This document shows, piece after piece, positions 1-13,915 of a stretch of DNA of 64,000 nt. The DNA is taken from positions 80,600,001 through 80,664,000 of the forward strand of contig OX597818.1 in NCBI GenBank assembly GCA_951406725.2, written 5' to 3'. A model generated the notes under the pieces. The model saw only the letters and a list, made by a program, of their open reading frames with translations. It was not told the DNA's origin and did no database searches. Each line of letters begins with the position of its first letter. Positions within the stretch are counted from its first letter, which is position 1. This stretch comes from Octopus vulgaris (Eukaryota). Made by a program: the position numbers and the translations under genes.

Positions 1-240
1 GGTGGAAAACAAACGAACAATTGTATTAGTATGGCGCTCAGGAAATATAAATAAAACAAGTCTTTAACGTTTCGAGCCTACGCTCTTCAACAGAAAGATA
101 CACAGAGAGAGAAAAACACAGAAAGAAGGAGAGAAAAAAAATGCGTGCAGTAGCTAACGAATCAACATGGCGATCTGATTTCGGCCAGAGGTCAAAGATC
201 AAACATGAGACGCGAGAGCGAAATAAGAGGAGATAATAGG
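1..240 (-). mobile_element. Penelope-like terminal-repeat remnant with degenerate hammerhead motif
   Basis: Minus strand 61-98 reads tcttt-CTGTTGA-a-gagc(gtag)gctc-GAAAC-GTT-aaaga, the minimal type I hammerhead layout known from Penelope-like elements, with an A6U change. Confidence 0.45.
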
Positions 241-311
241 GTTGATAAAAGGGTTGAGGGACCAGCTAAAAGTGCGTGGGAGGGGTCTGGATGTGTGTAT
301 GTATAGGGTTG

Positions 312-425
<114 letters not shown>

Positions 426-751
426 TGCTATGGCAACATCAACAAATACACTTCATCATTCGCTTTTACTTTCGACTACTCCAAACTCAGTCAACGTTGC
501 AGGATGAGGACTCCTACGTGGGCAGCCCGTCTGTTAGAAATAGCAGCCAAAATATCAACGGTTTTAAAAGAACGACACGTTGGATTGTGGTCCACGGTTT
601 ATTGTACATATGAAAAATAGATTAAAAGAAAAAAAAAATGGGGCGGGATGATCATGGCAAGAATAATTTTTGAAATGTGGCTCAGCTTCTTCAAAATAGG
701 TTGCGTGGAGCTAAATGACTATACCAGTATTTACACACACACACACACACA

Positions 752-815
<64 letters not shown>

Positions 816-1011
816 CTCTCTCACTCTCTCTCTCTCACACACACACACACACGCAAAATAGCTGTTGTAATTCTACCAGGATATACAGATACAATGCGTC
901 ACACCAATAGTCGTAAATAACACTGTGATATACACACAATCATTGTTACACGCGCATGCACATACACAGTACATCAAAACAGGTGTCACACACACACCCA
1001 CACACACACAC

Positions 1012-1063
<52 letters not shown>

Positions 1064-1366
1064 CTCAGTAACAGATAACAGATAAACAAACACACAACAC
1101 GGCACAAAGCAACAACTGTTTGTATGCCATTCTGCTGTGACACACACAAACACACACACACCTCAGTAACAAATTACATATGCGCACACACCAGCAGCCA
1201 TACACACATAAACTCATGCGCACACATACAACACTGCACTACGTTACAACAGTGTTTGTATGTGTCACTCCACTGTGAAAACTAACATATTTATGGAGCA
1301 TGGTAATATGTTAATTTTCACAGCCGGTGACCCTCAAGGCTGAAACATATAAAAGAATAAATAAGC

Positions 1367-1579
1367 TTTAAATTTTGGCACAAGGCCAGCAATTTTGGGA
1401 CGGGGTTAAGTCGATTACATCGATCCCCAGTGCACAACTGGTACTTATTTTATCGAATTCGAAAGGATGAAAAAGGTAAAGTCGATCTCGGCGGAGTTCG
1501 AACTTAGAACGTAAAGAGAGGTAAAATACCGCTAAACTTTCTGGCCGGCGTGCTAACGAATCTGCCAGTTCATCGCCTT
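1367..1579 (-). mobile_element. tRNA-derived SINE, family B (ggcggcgagctggcaga... head)
   Basis: Reverse complement matches the repeat at 29197-29430, including the B-box-like gttcgaactcc and the cctttc...tcgat core. Confidence 0.85.
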
Positions 1580-1591
1580 ACTGTGACATAT

Positions 1592-1799
1592 ACTCTTTTA
1601 CTTGTTTCAATTATTTGACTGCGGCCATGCTGGAGCACCACCTTTACTCGAGCAAATCGACCCCCCAGGACTTATTCTTTGTAAGCCTAGTACTTATTCT
1701 ATCGGTCTCTTTTGCTAAGTTACGGGGATGTAAACATACCAGCATAGGTTGTCAAGCGGTGTTGGGGGGACAAACACAGACACAAAAACATATACCCCC

Positions 1800-1844
<45 letters not shown>

Positions 1845-2001
1845 CATATATATGACAGGCTTCCTTCAGTTTCCGTCTACCAAATCCACTCACAAGGCCC
1901 AAGGCTATATTAGAAGACACTTCCCCAAGGTCCCACGCAGTAGGACTGAACGCGGAACCATATGGTTGGTAAGCAAGCTACTTATCACACAGCCACTCCT
2001 G
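1592..2001 (-). mobile_element. tRNA-derived SINE, family A (ggagtggctgtgtggtaag... head, internal microsatellite)
   Basis: Reverse complement matches the copies at 9686, 13543 and 27862. Confidence 0.88.
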
Positions 2002-2054
2002 AATATATATGGATATATATTCAGGAATATATATCCATCCATATATAAATATAT

Positions 2055-2287
2055 ATTTCTTTACTGCCCACAAGGGGCTAAACACAGAGGGGACAAACAA
2101 GGACAGGCAAACGGATTAAGTCGATTACATCGACCCCAGTGCGAAGCTGGTACTTTGTTTATCGACCCCGAAAGGATGAAAGGCAAAGTCGACCTCGGCG
2201 GAATTTGAACTCAGGACGTAATGGCAGACGAAATACGGCTACGCATTTCGCTCAGCGTGCTAACGGTTCTGCCAGCTCGCCGCCTTA
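2055..2287 (-). mobile_element. SINE family B, near-intact
   Basis: Near-identical to the reverse complement of 29197-29430. Confidence 0.88.
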
Positions 2288-2434
2288 GCCAGCTCGCCGA
2301 TATAAATATATTCATATATAAGCTGTCAAATACACACATGCACAGTACTATACGCCTACACAAAATACTATAAAACTATCTATCCACAAAACATGACACT
2401 ACATCCACCACACAGTACGCTTCACCCTATAGTG

Positions 2435-2745
2435 GTGCTCCGTCGATTACGACGACGAGGGTTCCAGCCGTTCCGGCCATCGGAACAATTTGCTCGTTGT
2501 TAACTTTCAGGTGGCCGAGCACTCCACAGATACGCGTACTCTTAACTTAGCTTTTAAGAGTGACACAGAATGTGACAAGGCTGGCCCCTTTGAAATACAG
2601 CTACTACAGATTTTTGCCAGCAGAGTGAACTGGAGTAACGTAAAATAAAGTGCCATGGTCAAAGACAGAACGCGCGCCAGTAATCGAACTCACGGCCCTG
2701 AGGATCGTGAACCGAATACCCGAACCATTAAGCCAAGTGCCTTCA
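2435..2745 (-). mobile_element. SINE family C (CORE-like, ggcttagtggttag head)
   Basis: Reverse complement matches 35018-35330. Confidence 0.75.
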
Positions 2746-3719
2746 CACGTCAGTCTATACAACTGTGGCACATACATTCCCATAAACTACGCGTCACAGC
2801 TCAAAAGAAACCATACTCCACCACACCACACCACATGGTACACTGTAACGTGACAGTGTCACACGCACAAGAATACAACTATAGTAAAACATGCTGTAAC
2901 ACATCTTACCACGTAACACAATATGTTACATCTTACTGTCACATAAACAATACATTTCACACAAACACACTCACACACAGACTTCGCAATAACACATACA
3001 ATATGCCACACGGGACACAGACTTTACACGGCAGTAACACACACAGACACGCGCTTATACACTAACACACTCACACACACACACACACACACTCACAGAT
3101 ACACGCAGCATCATATCATCTCACGTACACACACGTAATACATTGCCACACCTTCTCACATACACCACATCTTTTCACGGACATATACACTCACACAGCA
3201 CAAACTTCCTCACGCACATAGACAGACAGACAGACAGGCACACACATACACACACACGGACAAACACACACATACACCATAGTGATACACACAGAGCAGA
3301 CGCTACATTACCGCACAAACTACTCCACAGTAACACACACACGCGCGCGCTACATAGTAACACACATGCAGCACAATAACGCAAAAACACACCAGTGTGT
3401 GTGTGTAAGTGTGTTTCAGTTGCTGTGTATATGTTATCCCTGTGTCTGTGTGTGAGTGTGAGTTTGTATGTGTTTGTATGTATATGTGAGCATCGAGTCA
3501 CAAAAGCACGTTGAGGTACACACACACACAGACACACAAAGCACAGTAACAAACTCATACCAGGAACCACGCATACACGCATACAGCAAACACATACACG
3601 CACACACAACAGACCAGGAAGCACACACACATAGCACAGTAACGAACACACACCAGGAACTATGCGCGCGCACACACACACATACTATTCCACCATACAC
3701 ACTCCAATGTAACACATAC

Positions 3720-5560
3720 GCACAACCACTGCCGCCGCCATGACTACACACAGTGGACAGTAACAAAACCTCTAACTACATCCCACCACATCACACGTCA
3801 AGTGTGACACAGCCACCACCACCACCACCACCACCACCACCACCATCTGTATTACTACCATTACTGCATACAAATAATAGTAACACACCACTGCCACCAT
3901 CACCACCACCACCACCACAACCCCTACCACCACCACAACCACCACTACCACAACCCACGCCGCTCGTATCATCACCGCTACCACCGCCACTTTCCACCAT
4001 CATACGCAGTCAATAGTAACATACCGCCATCTCCGCCGCCGCCACCACCACTAACACAACACTACCATCACCACCACCAGTACCACAGCCACCACCACCA
4101 TCACCACCAGTTGTCAGTAACACAGCACCGCCACCACTACACCACACCACACTACACACAACTGCTACCGTTGCAACCACCACCACCATCATCATCACTA
4201 CAACATAGTTGTCAGTTACACACCGCCATCTTCGCCACCATCTCTCTACCAGCAGTATACCACATGATACGACGCCGTCGTAACCATCACTAAACACAGA
4301 TGACAGTAACACGCAGGCACACCCCCACCGCCTGCACCACAGACAGCGGTAACACGCATATACACCCCCACCGTTCCACCTTATACACACTCTTACATAC
4401 ACATATACACACACATGCTCACATATACACACAAACACACACAAACACAGACACTGTGACACACAAACTCACACTCACACACAAACCGAGACACGGAAAC
4501 ATACATACAAACTGAAACTTACATACACACACACACAGTCACTGAGACATACACATGTACAAACTCACACACAGACACACACACACACACACAATCAGAC
4601 TCGCTACAGTCGTAACACTGCCACCATCACAACCTCCGCCACCAGCATCACGATCTTCATTATCGCACATACACATCACCGCCACCAACATTGTTATACC
4701 ATAAGAGTCATCAGTAACCCGCCGCTACCATCAGCATCTCTACACCACCACCACTGTCGTCGTCTGTACCGTACACATATACCAATACCATGACTACTGC
4801 CACTACTATCACACTTGTACACCACCGCCGCCACCATAGTCACCACCGCCTCCACCATCACCGTCGCAATCTTTAGTAACTGCGCGCAACCCATTAGCGT
4901 CACCGTCGCTGCTGTTCGATACACTCATCAGTCACAACGCCGTCGCCACCGTCACCACCATCACCACCACCACTACAGTCAATGTTAAGGCAGCATCACC
5001 ACCGTCACCATCATCACCACCACCTTCCTCATTGTACATACCTACCACCGCCACCATCACCGCTGTTTCATACTTTCGTCAGTAACACCGCCACCGTCAA
5101 CAGAACATGGCACTACCGCCACCATCACCATCGTCAACATTGTGACACCATCACCGCCATCTCTATACTATCACGAACAACCGCATCACAACCATCACCA
5201 CCACCATCGTCAATAGTAAGACATCATCATCATCATCACCGCTATCACTACATTACCACCACCACCGCCGCCGCCGCCACTACAGCTACCACCACCATCA
5301 CCGCTATTCCATAGTATCGTCAGTAACACCACCGTCCTCACCACCACCGTCATCACCACCACCGTCATCATCATCACCACCACCACCACCACCGTCAACA
5401 GTAAGATACCACCACCAGCACCGCCATCAGTGAACCACCATCAGCACCAATAGCACCAGCACCAGTCGTCAGTCACACACGTACCACCATAGTCAACAGT
5501 AAGACGCTATTACTATCACCGCTACGCCCGCCCCCCACTTCATTCCACCACACTACAACA
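3720..5560 (+). repeat. Degenerate (ACC/ATC/GCC)n array punctuated by gtcagtaacac / gtcaacagtaaga motifs
   Basis: Strongly C/A-rich triplet repeats; the punctuating motif recurs about 10 times; no continuous ORF. Confidence 0.8.
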
Positions 5561-6178
5561 GCCCAGTCTCGTCTTGACAAGGACGGAGTAAACACTGCGT
5601 TAGGTAAGTAGCTGCTAGTCGTCCACAAAACTCTACAGAATCGTAACCATAGCTCCATAGATTTAAACACGCACTACACACACACACACCACAATATATA
5701 TTCACACGCACTACTGTATATATATACATATCTGCATGCATATATATAAATATGTATATACATACACACTGCTCTACATAGACCGCTATATATATACATA
5801 TATATATATGCATGCATATTAGTGTGTGTGTACCTATATGCATAGATTTTACACTCCACTATTTACACACCCTTCTGTACTCAAACATCTACACTCATAC
5901 ACACACGACTAATTATACACGCTATTCTACGCGAACCGCTATGTACATGGACGTTGCTATACACAAACCGCTCACGACATACACATTTACTACACAGAGA
6001 CACTATTATATATATACATACACTACTATACATATATACACACACACACACATACATACATATTCATACATACATATACGGGCGCTACTGAACACGAACC
6101 GCTATACAGACACGCAATATAAGACTGCTATAATTTTATTTACACTCATTTACCTACACAGCGAATTTCATGTGCATA

Positions 6179-6225
<47 letters not shown>

Positions 6226-7148
6226 TCACTGCTGTTTTCTTTTATACATCTTTCACATAAACATTAGTAACAAAAAAAGACCCTATTTTACACACACACA
6301 AACACGTCAGTACAATAACACTGATTTATACATGCATGTGTATATATACATATATACATACATAGTTATTTTGCTACTTTCTTCTAGTTACTCAAGTCTC
6401 TATTTCTCTTATTGTCTGTCTTTGTTGATGATGTTATATACAGATTTATATATATAAATATATATGGTCGTTTAATATATACACACTTATGCGCGTAATG
6501 TTTTTTTTTTATTATACACTCGCAAACTGTTGCTTTACTAATACACGTTTTACTATTTCTCTCTCTCTCTCATTCCTCCTTTGTCTTTCTTTTTATCTCT
6601 CTATCACACATACGCATACATGCTTTTATTGTACAAGTATATACACACATATTTGCGAAATTTCTTTTGTTGAGAGGATATAACATTATGTGTCCTTATA
6701 TATATATATATATATATATATATGGATATATATATATATATATAATACATATATAGACTGTGTTTATAAACACTTATGTATACATACTCATATATTAAAT
6801 GCACTGTTTTTCATACGCACATTTATTTGTTGTACATTATAAGAACAATTTATATCCTAATTATCTCATGTTCTTCCCCGATTTTCTTATATACAACAAA
6901 TAATTAAAATTGAATGAAAAATCGACACCCTTCCTTTAACCGCCTGTCTTCCTTGTGTTATAAATGCTCGTTCTTATGTAATTATATACCTATCTGTCTA
7001 TACATACACACACACACCACAACCGCTAAACCTAAGCATACACACGCGCATAAATGTATATACACATAAATATGCTTTTATATACCTCATATATAGCAAG
7101 TGTGTGAGTATATAGATATATTGTGGAGATAGGGTAAATCCCAGCTGC

Positions 7149-7183
<35 letters not shown>

Positions 7184-7528
7184 TACGAAAATAGTGAGGA
7201 AACCTCATTCACAGTCTGATGGTTATATATATACACACACACACACTTTTCTTTGTAGATAATCAGATATTTTACATACAAACCTACATATACATACTAC
7301 ATACATACACACACACACACACCTTTGTGCACATTAAATCATATATATATATATATATGATCATATACACTTGTTTACAATATATACACACGCAGTCACA
7401 GCTTAATAGCCTGTGTGTGTGTGTGCAGACGAAAGAATATGTCAGCGTAAGTTGCCTGGTCAGCCAGAGTTATTCGGGTGTTATCAGCTGTGTGTGTGTG
7501 TGTTAGTGCGAGTGTATATATATATATA

Positions 7529-7585
<57 letters not shown>

Positions 7586-7627
7586 GTGTGCCTGTGTATA
7601 AATACGCATATGTCTATGTATATGCAC

Positions 7628-7661
<34 letters not shown>

Positions 7662-7892
7662 TCACACACTTATTACATTATTTATGTTTATATATATACA
7701 TATATACATACCTACACTATATACGCATGCATGTCTACTTTAGCAGCTATACATCTGTAGGTACACACTCTTAGACATATTTCTATACAGGCACACACAC
7801 ACACACACACACACACGTAGATGTTTGTATGTGATCCTTCATTTATTTATTTTTATCTACTTTGGCAAAAAGCCAGTTTTATAAGCTGTGTG

Positions 7893-7927
<35 letters not shown>

Positions 7928-8467
7928 ACTCACACACACACACACGCGTATTCTAACGCATACACTTAGATATACCAGTGCATACACAAGTATAACATGA
8001 TCACGCGTATTCATTCATGTATGTACACAAATACATATATCTACATATATACACGCAAGCATACATAGATACATACATAAGTACATAGATGATAGACACG
8101 TAAAACAAGCGTGGGTGTGGTCTTGTACGTGTCTAGGCACGTTTGTTGTCTTGTATGTGTGTATAAACGTTAGTGTGGTCATGTACGTATATAACAATGT
8201 GTGTGTGTGTGTGTGTGTATTCTCTGTCTTTCTCGAACACAAAATCTCAAGTACAGCTCAAGTTAAGAAAACACCATCACCGCATTCACACCTTCACTCA
8301 ACATGAGTGGTACTCTGCTACAGCCCTCATAGTCGCTGCAAAGGCAAGGCTCAGCTATCACCAAGGATCTCTGCTGGCAAAAAGTACATCCTTAACATAG
8401 CTTGGACTGAATTTCAAAAACTTTTATCAGTGCCATTTTAGTGCATAGTCTACCTGACCATCTACAT

Positions 8468-8806
8468 CAGGGTTTCCCGATCATTTTTTACCTATGGACC
8501 CCTTTGGTTACTATTTTATTCTGATGGACCCCAGGGCTATTCTATGTTTAAAAACTAGTTTTATAGAAACTTCTTTCAAAATTCCTATTTTGTTTTTCAT
8601 ACAACTTGTGGAGGTTAAACTATGTGAAATGTTAGAGAAAGAAACCTAGCTTACAATACATACCAATACAAATACCTAAAACAAAATTTTTTCAGGGACC
8701 CTTAAAATACTATTGTGGATTCCTAATTTGCTATTTTGTTGCATGGACCCCACAAAATCTTATATAGGCCCTTAGGAGCCATATGGACCCCAGTTGAAAG
8801 CCACTG
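8468..8806. mobile_element. hAT-type MITE
   Basis: Ends cagggtttccc...gttgaaagccactg (CAG(T/G)G TIR type), flanked by the 8-bp duplication atctacat (8460-8467) / atttacat (8807-8814). Confidence 0.75.
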
Positions 8807-8899
8807 ATTTACATTTCAGCATACTGTCTAACCCAAACCCTAATCGTAACCCAGATCTGACAATTTCACAGGGTAGGCTATAGATACTGCATGCTAAAG

Positions 8900-9340
8900 T
8901 AACATCCTCTTCCCTATAGGGTCAAACATTATTACATTTCTGAACAGTTCTTGAACACTCTACAAGGTTCAAGTGAGGTGCTGGTCCCCATATTCAAAGC
9001 CATGCTGCTTCTTTGCACTCATGCATCTTATGTTGCATCTAGAGAAGGGTCTCTTGACTATAATTAGAATTTAGTCCCTAATAGACTGATACACTCCAGC
9101 CTCTGACCCGCAAATTTACCATCTCCTCTCCCTGCCTTTTCTATCATTACAATAGTGGCCTCTGCTCCTCAAAGCAAGCTGATGTTGTACCTCAACCACT
9201 CTGGCACTACTAAGGTGAACCACTCATCTCTCACCTCCACCTCTCTCTCTCTCTCCTTCATTTTTGCTGCATCCAATTCCCTCCACCCTGCACTAATCAT
9301 TATTGCCCAATCCTTTCTCCCCAAAAATCATCCCTCTAGA
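8900..9340 (+). mobile_element. Decayed CR1/L2/Jockey-group LINE ORF2 C-terminal remnant
   Basis: Frameshifted peptide pieces LYKVQVR, LQPLTR and FYHYNSGLCSSK resemble the post-RT region of these LINEs. Confidence 0.55.
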
Positions 9341-9685
9341 ATTTCCTCCCTGCTCATGTTGTTCCTGCATATGTTGACTTGCAATTGTTTAAACCTTTTG
9401 TTGCCATACTTTTAGTCAAAATACACTGTCTTAGCTTCTGTTAATTTTGAAAATAAGGAAAAATTTTGTAAAATAACTTTGTCGTTATTAAGTGGTGTTT
9501 GAAACATAAATTAACAAGGAATTTTGATAGAAAGTTTTAATTTAGTTAATTTTAACCATTGTTACCATATTTATTTTGAAATACACTGTTGTTGCTTCAA
9601 TTTTGAAAAATAATAAATAATTTATGATAAAATAACTTTGTTCTTATAAAACTGCTGTTTGGAACACAAATTAACATGGAATTTA

Positions 9686-10070
9686 GGCGTAGGAGTGGCT
9701 GTGTGGTAAGTAGCTTGCTTACCAACCACATGGTCCAGGGTTCAGTCCCACTGTGTGGCACCATGGGCAAGTGTCTTCTACTGTAGCCTCAGGCCGACCA
9801 AAGCCTTGTGAGTGGATTTGGTAGATGGAAACTGAAAGAAGCTTGTCGTATATATGTATGTGTGTATATGTTTGTGTTTGTCCCCCCCAGCATCACTTGA
9901 CAACCAATGCTGGTGTGTTTACGTCCCCGTAACTTAGTGGTTCAGCAAAAGAGACCAATAGAATAAGTACTAGGCTTACAAAGAATAAGTCCTGGGGTCG
10001 ATTTGCTCGACTAAAAAGGCGGTGCTCCAGCATGGCCACAGTCAAATGACTGAAACAAGTAAAAGAGTAA
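9686..10070 (+). mobile_element. SINE family A, full length, CpG-decayed
   Basis: Head ggcgtaggagtggctgtgtggtaag, B-box-like ggttcagtccc, tail gaaacaagtaaaagagta. Confidence 0.9.
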
Positions 10071-10088
10071 GGTTTCAGATCACTTTAA

Positions 10089-10668
10089 CCCTTTTGTTAC
10101 CATATATTTCTGTTGAAATACAGTCATCACTTCAATTAATTTTTTAAATCTATATATATATATATATAAAGCTGAAGTTGTCTGTGTGTGGTAGGTTTGG
10201 TAGCCTTCAACTAACACTATCTCCTCCACGACCCTGCAGCGCAAGTTGACCAAAATTGAGAGTATGATAGAAGGTTTGCTCTTCATTCCGTAGAAAGTAA
10301 AATTCAAATCAGACTATGTTAAGACAAAAATTATTTACATCGAAAAGTGCCTTTTTTTTATGAAAATCCCTGTTTCTTATGATTTTTTTTTACTGCTGTA
10401 TCGCCATTTTTCAGTGTATTTCAACCAGAAAAGCTACATAATGCAAAGTTTTTACTTTTCAAAAATTCCAATTCTAAATGGTCAAAACAAATACTGCTAA
10501 TAATGTAATGTGGAATTTAGAAAATAACTTTGTGTTTATTAAGCTGGTATATGAAACATAAATTAACATGGAATTTTTATGGAAGGTTTTAATTTAAATC
10601 TCTTTAAAACAGAAAGTTTGTATCATAGAACCAGGAGGGGCTTCAAGGCAGGTTGCTTATCAAGAGGG
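10089..10668. mobile_element. piggyBac-type MITE interrupted by an insertion
   Basis: TTAA|cccttttg ... caagaggg|TTAA. Two related partial ~160-bp units lie at 9390-9685. Confidence 0.65.
10149..10500 (+). mobile_element. Helitron-like non-autonomous insert
   Basis: Starts A|TCTATA and ends atactgctaa|T, similar to the atactgctag|T end of the element at 32527-32900; splits the piggyBac MITE. Confidence 0.45.
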
Positions 10669-11748
10669 TTAAATGGAATATCCATGGTACCTGTATCACA
10701 GGTCTTGGTGGGCCTGAATGCATCATGGCACTGTCTCTTTCTCTCTCCCGTTATCTCTTTCTCTCTCTCTCTCTCCCTTTATCGCTCCCTCCCTTTATCT
10801 CTCTCTTCCTTTCTCTCTCTCCTTTTATCTCTCTTCCTTTCTCTCTCTCCCTCTCTCTCTCCTTTTATCTCTCTTCCTTTCTATCTCTCTCTCCCTTTCT
10901 CCCTCCCTCTCTCTCTTGAATGTATGCAACCAAAATGGCTGTCAGACTCATACTTGCAAGCTCTTAACTGAGTGTGTGTTATACCCTTGAGCAAGGTACT
11001 TCATTCCATATTGCTTCAGTCCACTGAGCAGTCAGACTCTTGCATGCAAGCTATTGCGGGGTCCATTCCCGGATCAGACAGTGCACTGTGTCCTTAAACA
11101 AGCCACTTCATTTTACAATACCATTAACAACTAGGTGACAACCTTGCAGTGGACTGGAGTCCAGCGGGAGTGGAAAGGAGCAGTACCATACCATGTTGGG
11201 CTCTTATACACCCATGGAAACTGGAACCAACTCTGGCTTAATGAAGCTGTAGATTCCTCACAGACCTACAGCCAAAATGGAATAAAATATACATCTTTAG
11301 AATGGTAGGTTTTGATTTGAAGCAGATTTGACTGCTGTTTCTAGCACGTCCATGACACTATAGTTGTGAACTAGAAAGAGGAGGACTTGAGAATATTGTC
11401 TTTATATAGTCCTGACTGTGTGTGTGCACACGATATTTTGAAACCAGTCAAACATTTTGGTGTTTGTTATGGGTGCAGTATGTATGGACATAGCTATGAG
11501 CATTTCATATTTAATTTTAAGAATTTTATTTTGTATTCTGTACTCTGTGTGTGTGTGTATGTGTATATATATATATATATATATATACATACATACACAC
11601 TCAGTATATTAGTATCTCATACATATACAAACATAATGTGATATATATTTATATATATATACACACACACTCAGTGTATTAGTCTCTCATACATATACAA
11701 ACATAATGTCATATATATATATGGAAGAGATATTCATATATAATGTAA

Positions 11749-11801
<53 letters not shown>

Positions 11802-12152
11802 ACACACACACACTTATATATTTTTATGGTGTAGTGGTGATGTCATTGCAGTAAAGCTTTATTTGACATGAAAACAATAGAAAATATCCTCAGGTTACTT
11901 TCATACATTTAATCTGTTACATTGAGTCTTCATTGCATATGTATGTGCCTGTGTGTATATGTGTACATACATATACGTGTGTGTAGTGTACCCATACATA
12001 TACACACCCACATACATACATGGATGTACTTTATATTCATCTATATATATATATATATACACACTCACATATATGTGTATATATATATATATATATATTT
12101 ATACACACTCACATATATATGTGTATATATATATTTATATATATATATATAT

Positions 12153-12360
12153 GGAGGTGAGCTGGCAGAATTATTAGCACATCAGGCGAAATGCTTAGCG
12201 GCACTTTGTTTGCCTTCATATTCTGAGTTCAAATTCCACAAAGGTTGACTTTGGCTTTCATCCTTTGAGGGTCAATAAAATAACTACCAGTTGAGTACTG
12301 GGGTCAATGTAATTGACTTATCCCTGTCCCCCAAATTCCAGGCTTTGTGCCCATAGTAGA
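12153..12360 (+). mobile_element. SINE family B, CpG-decayed
   Basis: ggtgagctggcagaa...gagttcaaattcc...ctggggtcaatg. Confidence 0.85.
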
Positions 12361-12438
12361 ATAAAATATATATAATATATATACACATACACACACATAT
12401 ATATACACATATATATATGTATATATATATATATACGT

Positions 12439-12476
<38 letters not shown>

Positions 12477-12586
12477 GTATACATATATATATATATACGT
12501 ATATATATATGTATACATATATATATATACACGTATATATATATATACGTATATATATATATATGTATACGTATATATATATATAC

Positions 12587-12629
<43 letters not shown>

Positions 12630-12649
12630 TAGATGTATGTATGTGCCTT

Positions 12650-12943
12650 TCATGACAAACAAATTGGTCTATGAACAATTTTTCGAACATGAAATATCTC
12701 AGGTGACAAACAGTCTCTCGAGTAATGAACACACAAGCTGCCAACAACAGTTGATGACAAGCTGAAAGTATTGGAGAGAAAACATCAGTTGCTATCTAGC
12801 TCTCCCTCAATGAACATCCCTGCTCAAATTCACTGCGCCTTCTTTTGAATTTCCTATAGGGAAACTAGTTTAAGTGTAGAAACATTTCAGGCAACAAACA
12901 TCCTTCAGGAAAGAATTAAAATTCATAAGCCAAGATTCTACTG
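12650..12943. mobile_element. Tigger/pogo-like remnant
   Basis: Ends ccaagattctactg|TA (CAGT-type terminus with TA); the other end is not evident. Confidence 0.4.
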
Positions 12944-13129
12944 TATGCGTGTGTGTGTGTATATATATATATATACACAAACACACACACACACACACCG
13001 TATTTTAATGTGTATAAGGAACCCCCTAATTGGGGGGTGGGCTTAAAATTTGAAAAAAAAATGTCTTGTAAGGGATTATACTTTCCATGTATAAGAAACT
13101 CCCATATTTTTTATACATGTTAAAATATG

Positions 13130-13183
<54 letters not shown>

Positions 13184-13499
13184 CTGTATGCATATACATA
13201 TATACAAGTGTGTGGGTGTAAGTATGTGAAGGCACATAGCCTGGTGATTAAGTGTGTTGATTTCACAAGGTTGAGAATTAGATCCATTTACTGAGCGGGA
13301 CCCCATTTCAACATTGCTCCAGGCAACTCAGCTGGTCAAGAGTACCAAACAACTATTGGTGCATCTCTCTCTCCTCCCAGTTGTCACATGTTCAATGTCC
13401 CACTGAATAAGTCCCGAGGTCAATTTCTTCAACTAAAACCCTTTAAGGTGGTGGTCCAGCATGGCCACAGTCAAATGACTGAAACAAGTAATAGAATAA

Positions 13500-13542
<43 letters not shown>

Positions 13543-13915
13543 GGTGCATGAGTGGCTGTGTGGTAAGTAGCTTGCTTACCAACCACATGTTTCAAGGTTC
13601 ATTCCCACTGCGTGGCACCTTGGGCAAGTGTCTTATACTATAGCCTTGGGCCAACCAAAGTCTTGTGAGTGGATTTGGTAGATGGAAACTGAAAGAAGCC
13701 CGTCGTATATATGTATATATATATGTTTGTGTGCCTGTGTTTGTCCCCCTCAACATCACTTGACAACCTATGGTATGTTTAAGCTCCCGTAACTTAGCAG
13801 TTCGGCAAAAGAGACCAATTGAATAAGTACTAGGCCTACAAAGATTTGCTTGACTAAAAGCGGTGCTCCAGCATGGCCGCAGTCAAATGACTGAAACAAG
13901 TATAAGAGAAAGAGA
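13543..13915 (+). mobile_element. SINE family A
   Basis: Aligns by eye with 9686-10070. Confidence 0.9.

Noticed and set aside
1615-2208. Recurrent ORFs with VSFAEPLSYG / RRHLPKVP peptides as a gene family
   Set aside because: Incidental translations of SINE family A.
8829-8852. Telomere-like CCCTAA runs (also 50728-50743)
   Set aside because: Only two or three imperfect units, consistent with chance or repeat remnants.
10733-10918. Polypyrimidine tract as a functional element, and its Ser/Leu ORFs
   Set aside because: Ordinary degenerate (CT)n repeat.
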